Program-made: the position numbers and the translations under genes
Notes under the pieces: model-generated
What the model was told of the DNA's origin: nothing
What the model saw: the letters and a program-made list of their open reading frames with translations, nothing else
Database searches by the model: none
Shown here: piece by piece, positions 28,319 to 37,527 of the stretch
How the letters are laid out: the number at the start of each line of letters is the position of its first letter
Position numbering within the stretch: position 1 is the first letter of the stretch
Source of the DNA: an uncultured Pseudomonadota bacterium
GTDB lineage: Bacteria; Myxococcota_A; UBA796; JAFGLY01
Length of the DNA: 64,000 nt
Assembly: GCA_937912125.1 (NCBI GenBank)
Contig: CALDOK010000192.1
Coordinates: 15,146 to 79,145, forward strand
Reading direction: 5' to 3'

Positions 28319-28477
28319 GGGTCGGGCTGGACCGAGGGATGCCTGCTTCGAAGACGTCCTCGCTTCGGCTGGGCTGAGGTTGAGTCGGCGCGCCGGTGGC
28401 CGGGCCGACCCCGCGCCCAGCACGCTGCTGACTGCCGAGAGAGCTTGGTGGGCGCTCTAAGAAAGATCCAGGCAGCA

Positions 28478-28502
28478 GGAATGGATAGGTGAGGGGTTCG
28501 TA
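28478..28502 (+). promoter_or_regulatory. Candidate ECF sigma promoter (autoregulatory)
   Basis: GGAAT-N16-CGTA ends 12 nt before the sigma factor ATG, which has no obvious SD. Confidence 0.4.
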
Positions 28503-28514
28503 CCGTCGGGCATC

Positions 28515-29009
28515 ATGTCAGCCACATTCACCGAGCTCCTCGCGTCCTCCTACCCCCGGGTTCATCGCTGCACCCTCGGGATGCTGGGCGATGAGCAGGA
28601 GGCTCGTGAGGTCGCGCAGGAAGCGCTGCTCAAGGCTTGGAGGGCGCGGGAGAGCTACGATCCCGGCCGGCCCTTCTACCCGTGGCTGATCACCATCGTG
28701 CGCAACCTGTGCCGGGACACGCGCGCGCGTCGTCCCCGCCGTCCCTTCGTCGGTGTGGACACCGAGCGGGTGGCCTCGAGCACGCCGAGTCCGCTGGCTG
28801 TGGTCAACAGCCACGAAGCGCAGGCGCGGGTCCGGGTTGCCATGGACCAGCTGCACCCAGATCACCGCGAGATCCTGGTCATGCGGCACTTCGAGGACCT
28901 CAGCTACGCCGAGATCGGCGAGCTCCTCGGGGTGCCTCAGGGCACGGTCATGTCGCGGCTGTTCCGCGCCCGCAAGGCGCTGGTGCGCATCCTCGAGGAG
29001 GCCCCATGA
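28515..29009 (+). CDS. ECF RNA polymerase sigma factor
   Basis: EVAQEALLKAW, FYPWLITIVRNLCRD and LSYAEIGELLGVPQGTVMSRLFRAR. Confidence 0.93.
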   Translation: MSATFTELLASSYPRVHRCTLGMLGDEQEAREVAQEALLKAWRARESYDPGRPFYPWLITIVRNLCRDTRARRPRRPFVGVDTERVASSTPSPLAVVNSHEAQARVRVAMDQLHPDHREILVMRHFEDLSYAEIGELLGVPQGTVMSRLFRARKALVRILEEAP

Positions 29010-29440
29010 AGCAGGAACGCTACGAGACCCTGACGGTGATGGTGGTGGACGGAACGGCCTCACCCGCCGAGCGTGAAGAGCTCATGGCCTGGGTCGTGGA
29101 CAAGCCTGAGCTGCGCAGAGAGCTCGAGAGCCACCAAGCCGTCAAGGCGGTCACCGACGGCTGGGTGGACCGGCTGATGGTGGACCTCGCCGAAGACAAG
29201 GTTCAGCAGAGCGGGGCTCACAAGCTGGGCGTGGGCTTGGGCCTGGGGGTGCTACTCACCAGCCTGCTGGCGCTGCTGGGCTGGGGCCTGGGCCAGCTGT
29301 TCCTCGACCCCGAGGTGCCCATCATCGTGCAGCTGAGCGTGGCGGGCGCCACCCTCGGCTTCCTCGTGCTCCTGGGTGTCGTCATCCGGGGCCGTCTGAA
29401 TACCCACAAGTCCGACAAGTACAAGGATGTGATCCGATGA
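29006..29440 (+). CDS. Probable membrane anti-sigma factor (2 TM segments, no zinc ligands)
   Basis: ATGA coupling to the sigma gene; DGTASPAEREEL anti-sigma-like N-terminus without HxxxCxxC; two hydrophobic helices. Confidence 0.75.
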   Translation: MKQERYETLTVMVVDGTASPAEREELMAWVVDKPELRRELESHQAVKAVTDGWVDRLMVDLAEDKVQQSGAHKLGVGLGLGVLLTSLLALLGWGLGQLFLDPEVPIIVQLSVAGATLGFLVLLGVVIRGRLNTHKSDKYKDVIR

Positions 29441-29820
29441 CCGCTGACCAAACCGCGACCGAAGCTGCTGCAGACCTGGCCCATCGCCCTGCAGGGGACA
29501 TGCTCCTGGTCACCACCGATGAGATCGCGGGCAAGCGCATCGTGAAGGTGGTGGGCCTGGTGCGAGGCAACACGATCCGCGCGCGTCACGTCGGGAACGA
29601 CATCCTGGCTGGCCTCAAGACCCTGGTGGGCGGTGAGATCACTGAGTACACCAAGATGATGGCCGAGGCCCGGGAGCAGGCGCTGGACCGCGTGCGCGCG
29701 GAGGCTCTCGAGCGGGGCGCCAATGCGGTGGTCGGGCTGCGGGTCACCACGGCCATGGTGATGACTGGAGCCGCCGAGATCCTGGTGTACGGCACCGGCG
29801 TGGTGGTCGAGGACGCGTAG
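29437..29820 (+). CDS. YbjQ/UPF0145 family protein
   Basis: GLVRGNTIRARHVG, GGEITEY, AREQAL, GANAVVG and YGTGV. Confidence 0.9.
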   Translation: MTADQTATEAAADLAHRPAGDMLLVTTDEIAGKRIVKVVGLVRGNTIRARHVGNDILAGLKTLVGGEITEYTKMMAEAREQALDRVRAEALERGANAVVGLRVTTAMVMTGAAEILVYGTGVVVEDA

Positions 29821-29893
29821 ACCTTAGGCGTCCCCGTGGGCGCGCTTCGGCGGTTAGGGGTGGCTCGTACCCGTCCAACGCCCGGAGTGCGAC

Positions 29894-30475
<582 letters not shown>

Positions 30476-30502
30476 ACTCCACCCTCTGTATGCGGAGGCT
30501 CC

Positions 30503-31489
30503 ATGTCGCGAGCGCGGCCGTTTCGCTTCGACCGTCGGGAGGGTGTGTTCCACCTGCTCGACCAGCGCCTGCTGCCCATGCAGGAGCGCTGGATTCAGGC
30601 ACGCAGCGCCGCGGACGCGGCGGACGCCATCCGCACCATGGTGGTCCGAGGCGCGCCCGCCATCGGGGTCACCGCAGCCTACGGCATGGTGCTGGCGCAG
30701 CTGTCGGGCGAGGATCTTCCGGCTGCGGATCACGGGCTGCGCGGGAGCCGGCCCACAGCGGTCAACCTCTCCCACGCGCTGGATGCCATGCGGCCCCACT
30801 GGGGTGACGAGCGGGCCATGCTGCGGGCCGCCGAAGAGGTCTGGACCGAAGTGGAGCTCACCGAGCGGGCCATCGGCCTACACGGTGCTGCGGTGCTGAG
30901 GGGGCAGGTGCTCACCCACTGCAACACCGGCCCCCTGGCCACGGGGGGCTATGGCACAGCCCTCGGGGCCATCGTCGAGGCGTTCCGCCAGGGTCGGGTG
31001 CGCCATGTCTGGGTCGACGAGACCCGTCCCTACATGCAGGGCACCCGCCTCACCACCTGGGAGCTGTCGCGCTTCGGTGTCCCCTTCACGTTGATCACCG
31101 ACAGCACCGCGGCCTGGATGATGTCGCAGGGGCAGGTGGACGCGGTGATCCTCGGCGCCGATCGCATGGCCATGAACGGCGACTTCGCCAACAAGATCGG
31201 GAGCTATGGCCTGGCCGTGCTGGCTCGTTACCACGGCATCTCCTTCTACACGGCGCTGCCCACCAGCACGGTCGACCCCCAGCTGCGGACCGGGGCCGAC
31301 ATCCCCATCGAGCAGCGCGACGGTGATGAGCTTCGGTGCGTGGGCCCCCATCGCTTGGCCAGCGCTGACGTTCCTGTGGCCAACCCAGCCTTCGACGTGA
31401 CGCCCCACCACCTGATCACAGGGGTAGTGACCGAGCGAGGGGTGCTCTACCCTCCCTTTGACGAGGCGCTGCGGGGAGCCCTGGACTGA
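30503..31489 (+). CDS. mtnA: S-methyl-5-thioribose-1-phosphate isomerase
   Basis: VRGAPAIG, RPTAVNL, LTHCNTGPLAT, DETRPYMQG, GADR, ANKIG and NPAFDVTP. Confidence 0.93.
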   Translation: MSRARPFRFDRREGVFHLLDQRLLPMQERWIQARSAADAADAIRTMVVRGAPAIGVTAAYGMVLAQLSGEDLPAADHGLRGSRPTAVNLSHALDAMRPHWGDERAMLRAAEEVWTEVELTERAIGLHGAAVLRGQVLTHCNTGPLATGGYGTALGAIVEAFRQGRVRHVWVDETRPYMQGTRLTTWELSRFGVPFTLITDSTAAWMMSQGQVDAVILGADRMAMNGDFANKIGSYGLAVLARYHGISFYTALPTSTVDPQLRTGADIPIEQRDGDELRCVGPHRLASADVPVANPAFDVTPHHLITGVVTERGVLYPPFDEALRGALD

Positions 31490-33075
31490 TGCGCGGCGGC
31501 CGTGCCTTGCGCTGGCTGGCGCGTGCGCTGGCCCTGGCGGCGATCGCCGCCGCCTGCTTTGGGCTGACCTATGGGGTGATGCACCGGCCTTGGGAGCGCA
31601 TGGTGCCGTACCGCGAGGACCCCGCGGCGCTGGCTTCGGATCGAGATCTGGTGCTCGCGGCCGTGGACGAGCTCCCCGCGGGCACCGGGCTGGGCCCCGA
31701 CATCGTCATGGTCGTCCTGGACACGCTGCGCGCCGATCACCTGGAGCTGTACGGCTACCCGCACAGCACCATGCCCAGGCTGACCAGCTGGGCAGCGCGC
31801 GGCCGCGTACACGACGCGTTCACCTCGACCTCCTCGTGGACGCTCCCCGCACACGCGTCCCTGTTCACGGGCCAGTACCCCAGCACCCACCGGGCCCACG
31901 GTCGAACCCTCGAGGCCGATCATCTCAGGCGCCTGATCACCGGGCGGAGCGGCATGCGGGTCCTCGAGAGGCCCCTCGGCGAGCGCTCGGTCACGGTGGC
32001 GGAGCGGCTGTGGGAGCAGGGCTACACCACCATCGGCATCGCCGCCAATCGGGCATTTCTGTCTAGCGTCTGGGGGCTCGACCAGGGCTTCGACGTCTGG
32101 GTCTGTGAGCAGGTTCAGGGAGGGGCGACCTACCTGCCCTACACCCGTGCCGACCGCATCACGGCCATGAGCCTCGAGGCGGTGGATGCCACCCTGCCGG
32201 ATCTGGTCTTTCCCGAGCAGCCCGGGCGCGCGCCAGTGTTCCTGTTCGTGAACTATATGGAGCCCCACGGGCCCTATGTGCCCCGCGAGGGCTATGTCCG
32301 CGACCCCTCGGCGCTGCGGTGGATGTACCGCTCGGGGAGTGCTCGGGACCGGCTGGCCGTGCAGGTGCTGTCCGAGAAGAAGGCGCTGCCACTGGACGTC
32401 AAGGCAGCCTGGCAGGAGGCCTACGATGCCGAGCTAAGATTCCTGGACGAGCAGCTGGCCCTGCTGCTGGTGGGCCTCGAAGAACGCGGCATCGGACCCG
32501 ACGCCCACATCATCATCGCCTCGGACCATGGGGAGTACTTCGGGGAGCACCAGCTCCTGGCACACTCCAAGGACCTCTACCAGCAGGCCCTCAGGGTGCC
32601 CTTGATCGTCCGGGGCCCTGGAGTGGAGCCCGGCCGTGACCCACGACCGCTGCAGATCCAGGACCTCGCCGCAGAGATGATCGCTGTGGCGGGGGCCGAG
32701 CCCCTGGAGCGGGCCGAGCCCAGCGGTGAGCTCCAGGTGGCCGAGCTGTACGGCAGCCGCGGCCGGGACCTGCGCAACGGGCGCTACGGCAGGCGGTTCA
32801 ACCGTGTGCGGCGCGCCTTCTTGCAGGGCGACCGCAAGGTGATCCTGGGGAGTGACGGGAGCTTCGAGGCCTACGATCTGTCGCTGGATCCGAGCGAGAT
32901 GGAGGATCGCAGCGACGAGCCCTGGGCGCTCGAGCTGGCCGCCCAGGCCCAGGCCTGGATGGCCGCGCGGGGCATCGACGATCAGGTGCCCCAGCCGGAT
33001 CAGGAGGACGACGAGGAGGCCGAGGTGGATGACGCCAACCTCGAGGCGCTGCGCGCGCTGGGCTATGTGGACTGA
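31489..33075 (+). CDS. Membrane-anchored sulfatase-like (alkaline phosphatase superfamily) hydrolase/transferase
   Basis: N-terminal TM; LDTLRADH, SWTLPAHASLFTG, EPHGPY, SDHGEYFGEH and LRALGY. Confidence 0.87.
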   Translation: MRGGRALRWLARALALAAIAAACFGLTYGVMHRPWERMVPYREDPAALASDRDLVLAAVDELPAGTGLGPDIVMVVLDTLRADHLELYGYPHSTMPRLTSWAARGRVHDAFTSTSSWTLPAHASLFTGQYPSTHRAHGRTLEADHLRRLITGRSGMRVLERPLGERSVTVAERLWEQGYTTIGIAANRAFLSSVWGLDQGFDVWVCEQVQGGATYLPYTRADRITAMSLEAVDATLPDLVFPEQPGRAPVFLFVNYMEPHGPYVPREGYVRDPSALRWMYRSGSARDRLAVQVLSEKKALPLDVKAAWQEAYDAELRFLDEQLALLLVGLEERGIGPDAHIIIASDHGEYFGEHQLLAHSKDLYQQALRVPLIVRGPGVEPGRDPRPLQIQDLAAEMIAVAGAEPLERAEPSGELQVAELYGSRGRDLRNGRYGRRFNRVRRAFLQGDRKVILGSDGSFEAYDLSLDPSEMEDRSDEPWALELAAQAQAWMAARGIDDQVPQPDQEDDEEAEVDDANLEALRALGYVD

Positions 33076-33076
33076 C

Positions 33077-34330
33077 ATGGAGTACCCAGCCGGCGCAAAG
33101 GAGACCTCGAGCCCCTCCTCGCAACCCCGCGGGTGGAGCTGGCCGCAGCTCCTGGCCCTGGCGGCGGCCCTGGCGGTCGCGGCGGTCACCGTGGTGATGA
33201 ACCCGCAGTTCCAGCATCGACCTGCATCCGGGCCTGTGGACATGATGCCGCTGCTGTTGGGGGCCAAGGCCATCATGGCCGGCCTGGACCCCAACGATCC
33301 AGTGGTGCTCGAGGGGCTGTACCGTGAGAGCACCGACATCACCGTGAGGGTCCACGGCTTCCACAACTACTACCCGCCCACGGCGTCGCTGCTGATGACG
33401 CCCTTGAGCTTGCTGCCCTACAAGCTGCTGGTGGACCTGTTCTACTGGGGGGGGATGTTGGCCTTGGTGGGCGCCGCATGGTTCCTGGCCCGCGCGGGCT
33501 CCTCGCGGGGGGCGCTGGCGGGCGTGGCCGGCGCCCTGGTGGTCGGGTCGGTGTTCCTGCAGCTGCGGCTCGCCAGGGTGGCGCTGCCCATGGGGCAGGT
33601 CAGCCCCTTCGTGGTGCTCGCGGCCGCCATCGCCCTGTGGGGCTTGGCGCGGGGCCGTGGCCGCTGGGGGCTGGCCGCTTTCGCCCTGGGCGGCGCCGTG
33701 AAGTATTTCCCGCTGCTGCTGCTGCCTGCGGCTCTGGCAGGGCGTCGCTGGCGCTGGCTGGGGGCAGCCGTGGCCCTGGCGGCTACGCTGGTGGTGTTCA
33801 TGTGGGTGTGGCGAGACGGCACCGGGGGTCTGATGCCCAAGTGGATCTTCGGGGCCACTCGGTTCGTCTTGGATGAGCCGATGATGGCCTGGGCCCACAA
33901 AGGCCCGCCGTGGCTCATGTGGCTGTGGAGGGGCCGGGTGCCCGGCCTGGGATCCCTCACGCTGGCGCTGGTGGGTGTGGCCGCATGGCGCCGGGCTGGG
34001 ACGACGCTGACCACCGCCTGCGGCGGCCTGATGCTGGCCTGGGGTGGGGCCTGCATGGCAGGTGGGCACCACTACCACGAGTCCATCATGATCCTGCCGG
34101 CGCTGGGCTTCGTCTTGACCTGGCCCGCCGTGCGGGGCCCCCGGCTGCTGCAGTGGCTCAGCGCGGCCACGATGCTGGCTGCCCTGTTCGTGTTCAACGC
34201 CTACTCTCGCCACGTCCCGGTCAACCCGCCCCACTGGCTGCCCCTGTCCTACATCACCTGGCTGCTCTGCGCTGTCCGCTGGGTGTGGGCCTACCGCTGG
34301 GAGCGCATCCAGGCGGGTCGGTCCAGCTGA
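33077..34330 (+). CDS. GT-C membrane glycosyltransferase, GT87/DUF2029-like
   Basis: NYYPP, GQVS, AVKYFP and HYHE motifs in a multi-TM protein. Confidence 0.75.
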   Translation: MEYPAGAKETSSPSSQPRGWSWPQLLALAAALAVAAVTVVMNPQFQHRPASGPVDMMPLLLGAKAIMAGLDPNDPVVLEGLYRESTDITVRVHGFHNYYPPTASLLMTPLSLLPYKLLVDLFYWGGMLALVGAAWFLARAGSSRGALAGVAGALVVGSVFLQLRLARVALPMGQVSPFVVLAAAIALWGLARGRGRWGLAAFALGGAVKYFPLLLLPAALAGRRWRWLGAAVALAATLVVFMWVWRDGTGGLMPKWIFGATRFVLDEPMMAWAHKGPPWLMWLWRGRVPGLGSLTLALVGVAAWRRAGTTLTTACGGLMLAWGGACMAGGHHYHESIMILPALGFVLTWPAVRGPRLLQWLSAATMLAALFVFNAYSRHVPVNPPHWLPLSYITWLLCAVRWVWAYRWERIQAGRSS

Positions 34331-35937
34331 GCCCGGCGCAGCAGGGGCAGCAGCGCCACCAGGACCAGCCACCAGGGCGGGCGCCCACCCGCCGTGCTCG
34401 CGCAGTCGCAGCCACCATCGGGATCGGGGCTTGGCCCGGTGTCTTCGCTGGTGCTCGGGCCGGTGTCGGCGTCCCAGACCAGAGAGAGCAGCTGATCGCC
34501 GTCGTCGGAGCTCAGCTCGAGGCCCGAGGCGCCCGGGGGCAGGCTGCTGCTGAGGAGGCCGAGATCGATGCTGGGGCTGCGGATCAGGGGGACTGGCTCG
34601 GCGGCGTCCCGGAGGGCTTCGCTGACCTGCACCTCGAGCGAACCGGCGAGGGAGACGGTCCCATGGACCGTGACGGGGGCGGAGTCGGCCTGCTGCGCCG
34701 AGATCTGCAGCGTAGCCTCGGAGCCCAGGCTGTAGTCGCTCTGGAGGTCCAGCGTGTCCGAGACCATCAGGGTGCCAGCCAGGTGCGTCAGGCTGCCCAG
34801 ATCTCCCGAGCCGATGTCGAGCGAGCCACCCTGCAAGACCACCTCACAGCCGTCGGTGCAGCTGGCCATGCGGGTGACACTGAGGGCGCCGCCGTCGAGC
34901 AACCACAGGCGTCCAGCGCCGGCTTGGGACTCCTGATGCGTCGCACCCACCAGCACCAGATCGAGCTCTCCGGCGTCGTGAGTCACGCTCACCGCAGGCC
35001 GGGTGATGGTGTCGGAGATGATGACCCAGCTGTCGAGGTCGTCGAGCTCTACCTCCACGTCCTCGGGGCTCTGCCAGTCCTCCCAGGCGAAGGCCCAGCG
35101 GTAGGGGATCTGGCCGAAAGGTTCGTCCAGGACGGTACGATCGGCGGCGTCGCGCAGGGTGGCGGCCAGGGCCTCGTCCACGCCCGGGGGGGGCTGGACC
35201 TGGGCCACGCTGCGTCCTGTGAGGGCGGCGGCCGCGCTGATGGCGGCCAGGTAGGAGCCAGCCAGGGAGGGATGGCTGCCGTCGGAGGAGTACAGCGCCG
35301 TGAAGTCCGTCTCGCCCGAGCTCGGGTCCAGGCCCGCCTCCTCCAGGTCCTGGTGGATGGTGCGCCAGGCGTGTCCCGCGGGGATGACCCATGGCTGGCT
35401 TCCGTCGGCGGCGCAGGCCAGAGCATAGGCAAGGTAGCCCTCGGTGAGGCGCTCCTGCATGGTGAGGAAGTCGGGATAACGGTCGGGGTTGCCGCTGTCG
35501 CCGTCGCGGCGACCCCAGGTGAGCAGGAAGACGGTCTCGGCGCCGCCATCCTGGATGATGTCGTCGAGGATCAGGGCGCCATCCCGGCTGGCCTGCCACT
35601 GGCTGTTGCTCTGGGGAAAGCCCGGCACTTGGCTCTGGTCCTGCAGCACCACCCAGTCCCAGGAGCCGGCCTCGGCGCCGGTGACCAGGGCCTCGCGCCA
35701 GGGGGTGGCGCCGTTGGTGCCGTCGGCCTGGGCGGCGTGTTGGTCCAGGGTGGCGCCCCCCTGGGTGAGGGGATGGCCTTTGACCTGGGACCAGCCGGGC
35801 ACGGTGCCCTCGAGGGCTTGGGCCACCAGCTCGTGCAGGCTGTTCTGCGCGGTGTAGGAGTTGCCCACCATGATCAGTCGGGCATCCTCGGCCACGGAGG
35901 AGGGCAGGGTGGCCAGCAGCAGCATGGAGGTCAACAT
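34291..35937 (-). CDS. SGNH-like (DUF4886-like) hydrolase with a beta-rich stalk and MYXO-CTERM-like anchor
   Basis: VGNSYT, VVLQDQSQ and DGSHPS; C-terminal GGCDCAST...WWLVLVALLPLLRR; AAGGAG RBS. Confidence 0.82.
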   Translation of the reverse strand: MLTSMLLLATLPSSVAEDARLIMVGNSYTAQNSLHELVAQALEGTVPGWSQVKGHPLTQGGATLDQHAAQADGTNGATPWREALVTGAEAGSWDWVVLQDQSQVPGFPQSNSQWQASRDGALILDDIIQDGGAETVFLLTWGRRDGDSGNPDRYPDFLTMQERLTEGYLAYALACAADGSQPWVIPAGHAWRTIHQDLEEAGLDPSSGETDFTALYSSDGSHPSLAGSYLAAISAAAALTGRSVAQVQPPPGVDEALAATLRDAADRTVLDEPFGQIPYRWAFAWEDWQSPEDVEVELDDLDSWVIISDTITRPAVSVTHDAGELDLVLVGATHQESQAGAGRLWLLDGGALSVTRMASCTDGCEVVLQGGSLDIGSGDLGSLTHLAGTLMVSDTLDLQSDYSLGSEATLQISAQQADSAPVTVHGTVSLAGSLEVQVSEALRDAAEPVPLIRSPSIDLGLLSSSLPPGASGLELSSDDGDQLLSLVWDADTGPSTSEDTGPSPDPDGGCDCASTAGGRPPWWLVLVALLPLLRRAQLDRPAWMRSQR

Positions 35938-35986
35938 GGTGGGCTCCTTGGACGACCGAGGTGGGCGCCCCACTCGGTGATCCCTC

Positions 35987-37162
35987 CTAACCCTCCAGGA
36001 AGTGCTCCAGATCTGAGCGCGTGGGCTGGTAGTCCGGGCGCGGCCTGCCGATCCAGGTGCAGAGGTAGCCGTCATGGACGCGCTGCCCGGCGGTCTGGGC
36101 GATGGAGAGTGGGGTCGGAAGGGCGGGCGGGCGGCCGTGGTCCCGCTGGTAGTCCAGTGGGCAGTAGGGGTCTTTGGTCTCCAGGCTGCCGTGGACCAAC
36201 CACGCTCGGGATGCGCAGCCTCCGCGGCAGGCCTCGAGCCAGGGGCAGTCGGCCTCCTGGCAGGCTCTGGGAACCCGCCGTCTGCGGGCCCCGAACCGGG
36301 TGAAGGGCTCGCTCTGGACGATGGCCTGGGCGGGGTCCTCGAGCAGGTCGCCAGTGCGGAAGTCATGGCTGTAGACGCAGGGACTGAGGGGCACGCAGCC
36401 GTCGGCGCTCCGGCCCTGCACGCGGAACGAGCTGTGGCCGCATGGGCAGCCCGTGGCCGGCAGATCCACCACGGCGGCCAGGCAGGCATCCCCCAGTGAG
36501 ATGCAGTCGCTGTGGCGCATCAGTCGCGCGAAGCCCTCGAAGAAGGCGTCGCGGCTGGGCATGTTGGCCAGCAGTGCCGGCTGCACCGGCTGGAGCGTGT
36601 TGACCCGCAGCTCACACCCCAGCAGCCAGGCCAGGTCCATGAAGCCGTCGATGGTCTCGGCGGTGAAGCTCTCGCGGGTGGCGCAGGTGACGATGGCGCA
36701 GGGGATCCCGAGCTCGCGGCAGCGCTGCAGTGCGCGGATGACCGAGCTGAACAGCGCCGCGCCGCGGTGCTGGTCGTGCCGTCGCTGGGTTGGGAAGTCC
36801 AGGGAGAAGTCGATGTCGTTGAGGGTGGAGAGGGCGCCCGGGTGGTGGTCGTGCAGGGCGTGGAAGCTGGCGCCGTTGGTGGTGAGCCCCACCGCCAGGC
36901 CGGCCCGGTGCAGGCGCTGCAGCAGCCAGGGCAGCCGGCTGTCCTGGAGCTGCGGGCCGTGGGTGAAGATGGGCTCGTTGCCCCCCAGGTTCACCGAGCA
37001 CACCCCCAGCGCCACCAGCTGCGCGATGACCCGCTCCAGCTCCTGCTCATGCAGCCCGCGAGGCTGGTGCTTTCGCTGCTCGCGGCTGTAGCAGTGGGCG
37101 CAGTGGGCGTTGCAGTGGCTGCCGATGGTCCAGCCGACGTTCCGAAAGAGGGTGTTGCTCAT
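35987..37162 (-). CDS. Radical SAM enzyme with SPASM domain (391 aa)
   Basis: CNAHCAHC, GGNEP and TTNG; C-terminal CPCG...SPC...CQEADCPWLEACRGGCASRA...DPYCP. Confidence 0.9.
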   Translation of the reverse strand: MSNTLFRNVGWTIGSHCNAHCAHCYSREQRKHQPRGLHEQELERVIAQLVALGVCSVNLGGNEPIFTHGPQLQDSRLPWLLQRLHRAGLAVGLTTNGASFHALHDHHPGALSTLNDIDFSLDFPTQRRHDQHRGAALFSSVIRALQRCRELGIPCAIVTCATRESFTAETIDGFMDLAWLLGCELRVNTLQPVQPALLANMPSRDAFFEGFARLMRHSDCISLGDACLAAVVDLPATGCPCGHSSFRVQGRSADGCVPLSPCVYSHDFRTGDLLEDPAQAIVQSEPFTRFGARRRRVPRACQEADCPWLEACRGGCASRAWLVHGSLETKDPYCPLDYQRDHGRPPALPTPLSIAQTAGQRVHDGYLCTWIGRPRPDYQPTRSDLEHFLEG

Positions 37163-37274
37163 GCTCTGCTGCTGTGTGGTTCGGCTGAGCCTACCAGCCC
37201 TGACGCCACCGCGGGACGGTGAATCCAGCACCGGGCTGTTGGCGCGTGCGGGCCCCTCATCGAGACTGCGGGTA

Positions 37275-37296
37275 ATCGTATAGAGTATTATACAAT
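37275..37296. promoter_or_regulatory. AT-rich inverted repeat, candidate operator or promoter
   Basis: ATcGTATA-GAGTAT-TATACaAT in a conspicuous AT island, about 110 nt upstream of the radical SAM gene. Confidence 0.55.
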
Positions 37297-37335
37297 AAAT
37301 ACCTACAGCCGACCTGTGTCGCCCTGGAGGACACC

Positions 37336-37521
37336 GTGAGTGTGGAACCGCTCGGATCGCAGGACAACAACCGGCGGACATTGCTGCTGGTGGTCTTGGC
37401 CGCCGTGTTGATGCTGGCCTGGGTGCTGGACGCCCAGCGGCGCATCGAGGCGCGGCATGCCATGGGGCCCGCGCCGAGGCGCGCGAGCCAACCCGCTAGA
37501 AGCTCGGTCTACGATCTGTGA
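37336..37521 (+). CDS. Small single-TM protein (61 aa)
   Basis: GGAGGA RBS before GTG; RRTLLLVVLAAVLMLAWVL hydrophobic helix. Confidence 0.55.
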   Translation: MSVEPLGSQDNNRRTLLLVVLAAVLMLAWVLDAQRRIEARHAMGPAPRRASQPARSSVYDL

Positions 37522-37527
37522 GCCGAG

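Noticed and set aside
28318-28412. GGGGTCGG...CCGACCCC long-range inverted repeat after mmdB, as a MITE or ncRNA
   Set aside because: Only 8 bp of GC-rich pairing, no second copy noticed and no target-site duplication.
34291-34330. 40-nt convergent 3' overlaps here and at 61754-61793
   Set aside because: Common in GC-rich genomes where stop codons are rare; the equal length is probably coincidence.
35987-37162. Radical SAM as an anaerobic sulfatase maturase for the nearby sulfatase-like genes
   Set aside because: Both sulfatase-like proteins have Thr rather than Cys/Ser at the modified position, and I do not see anSME-specific motifs.
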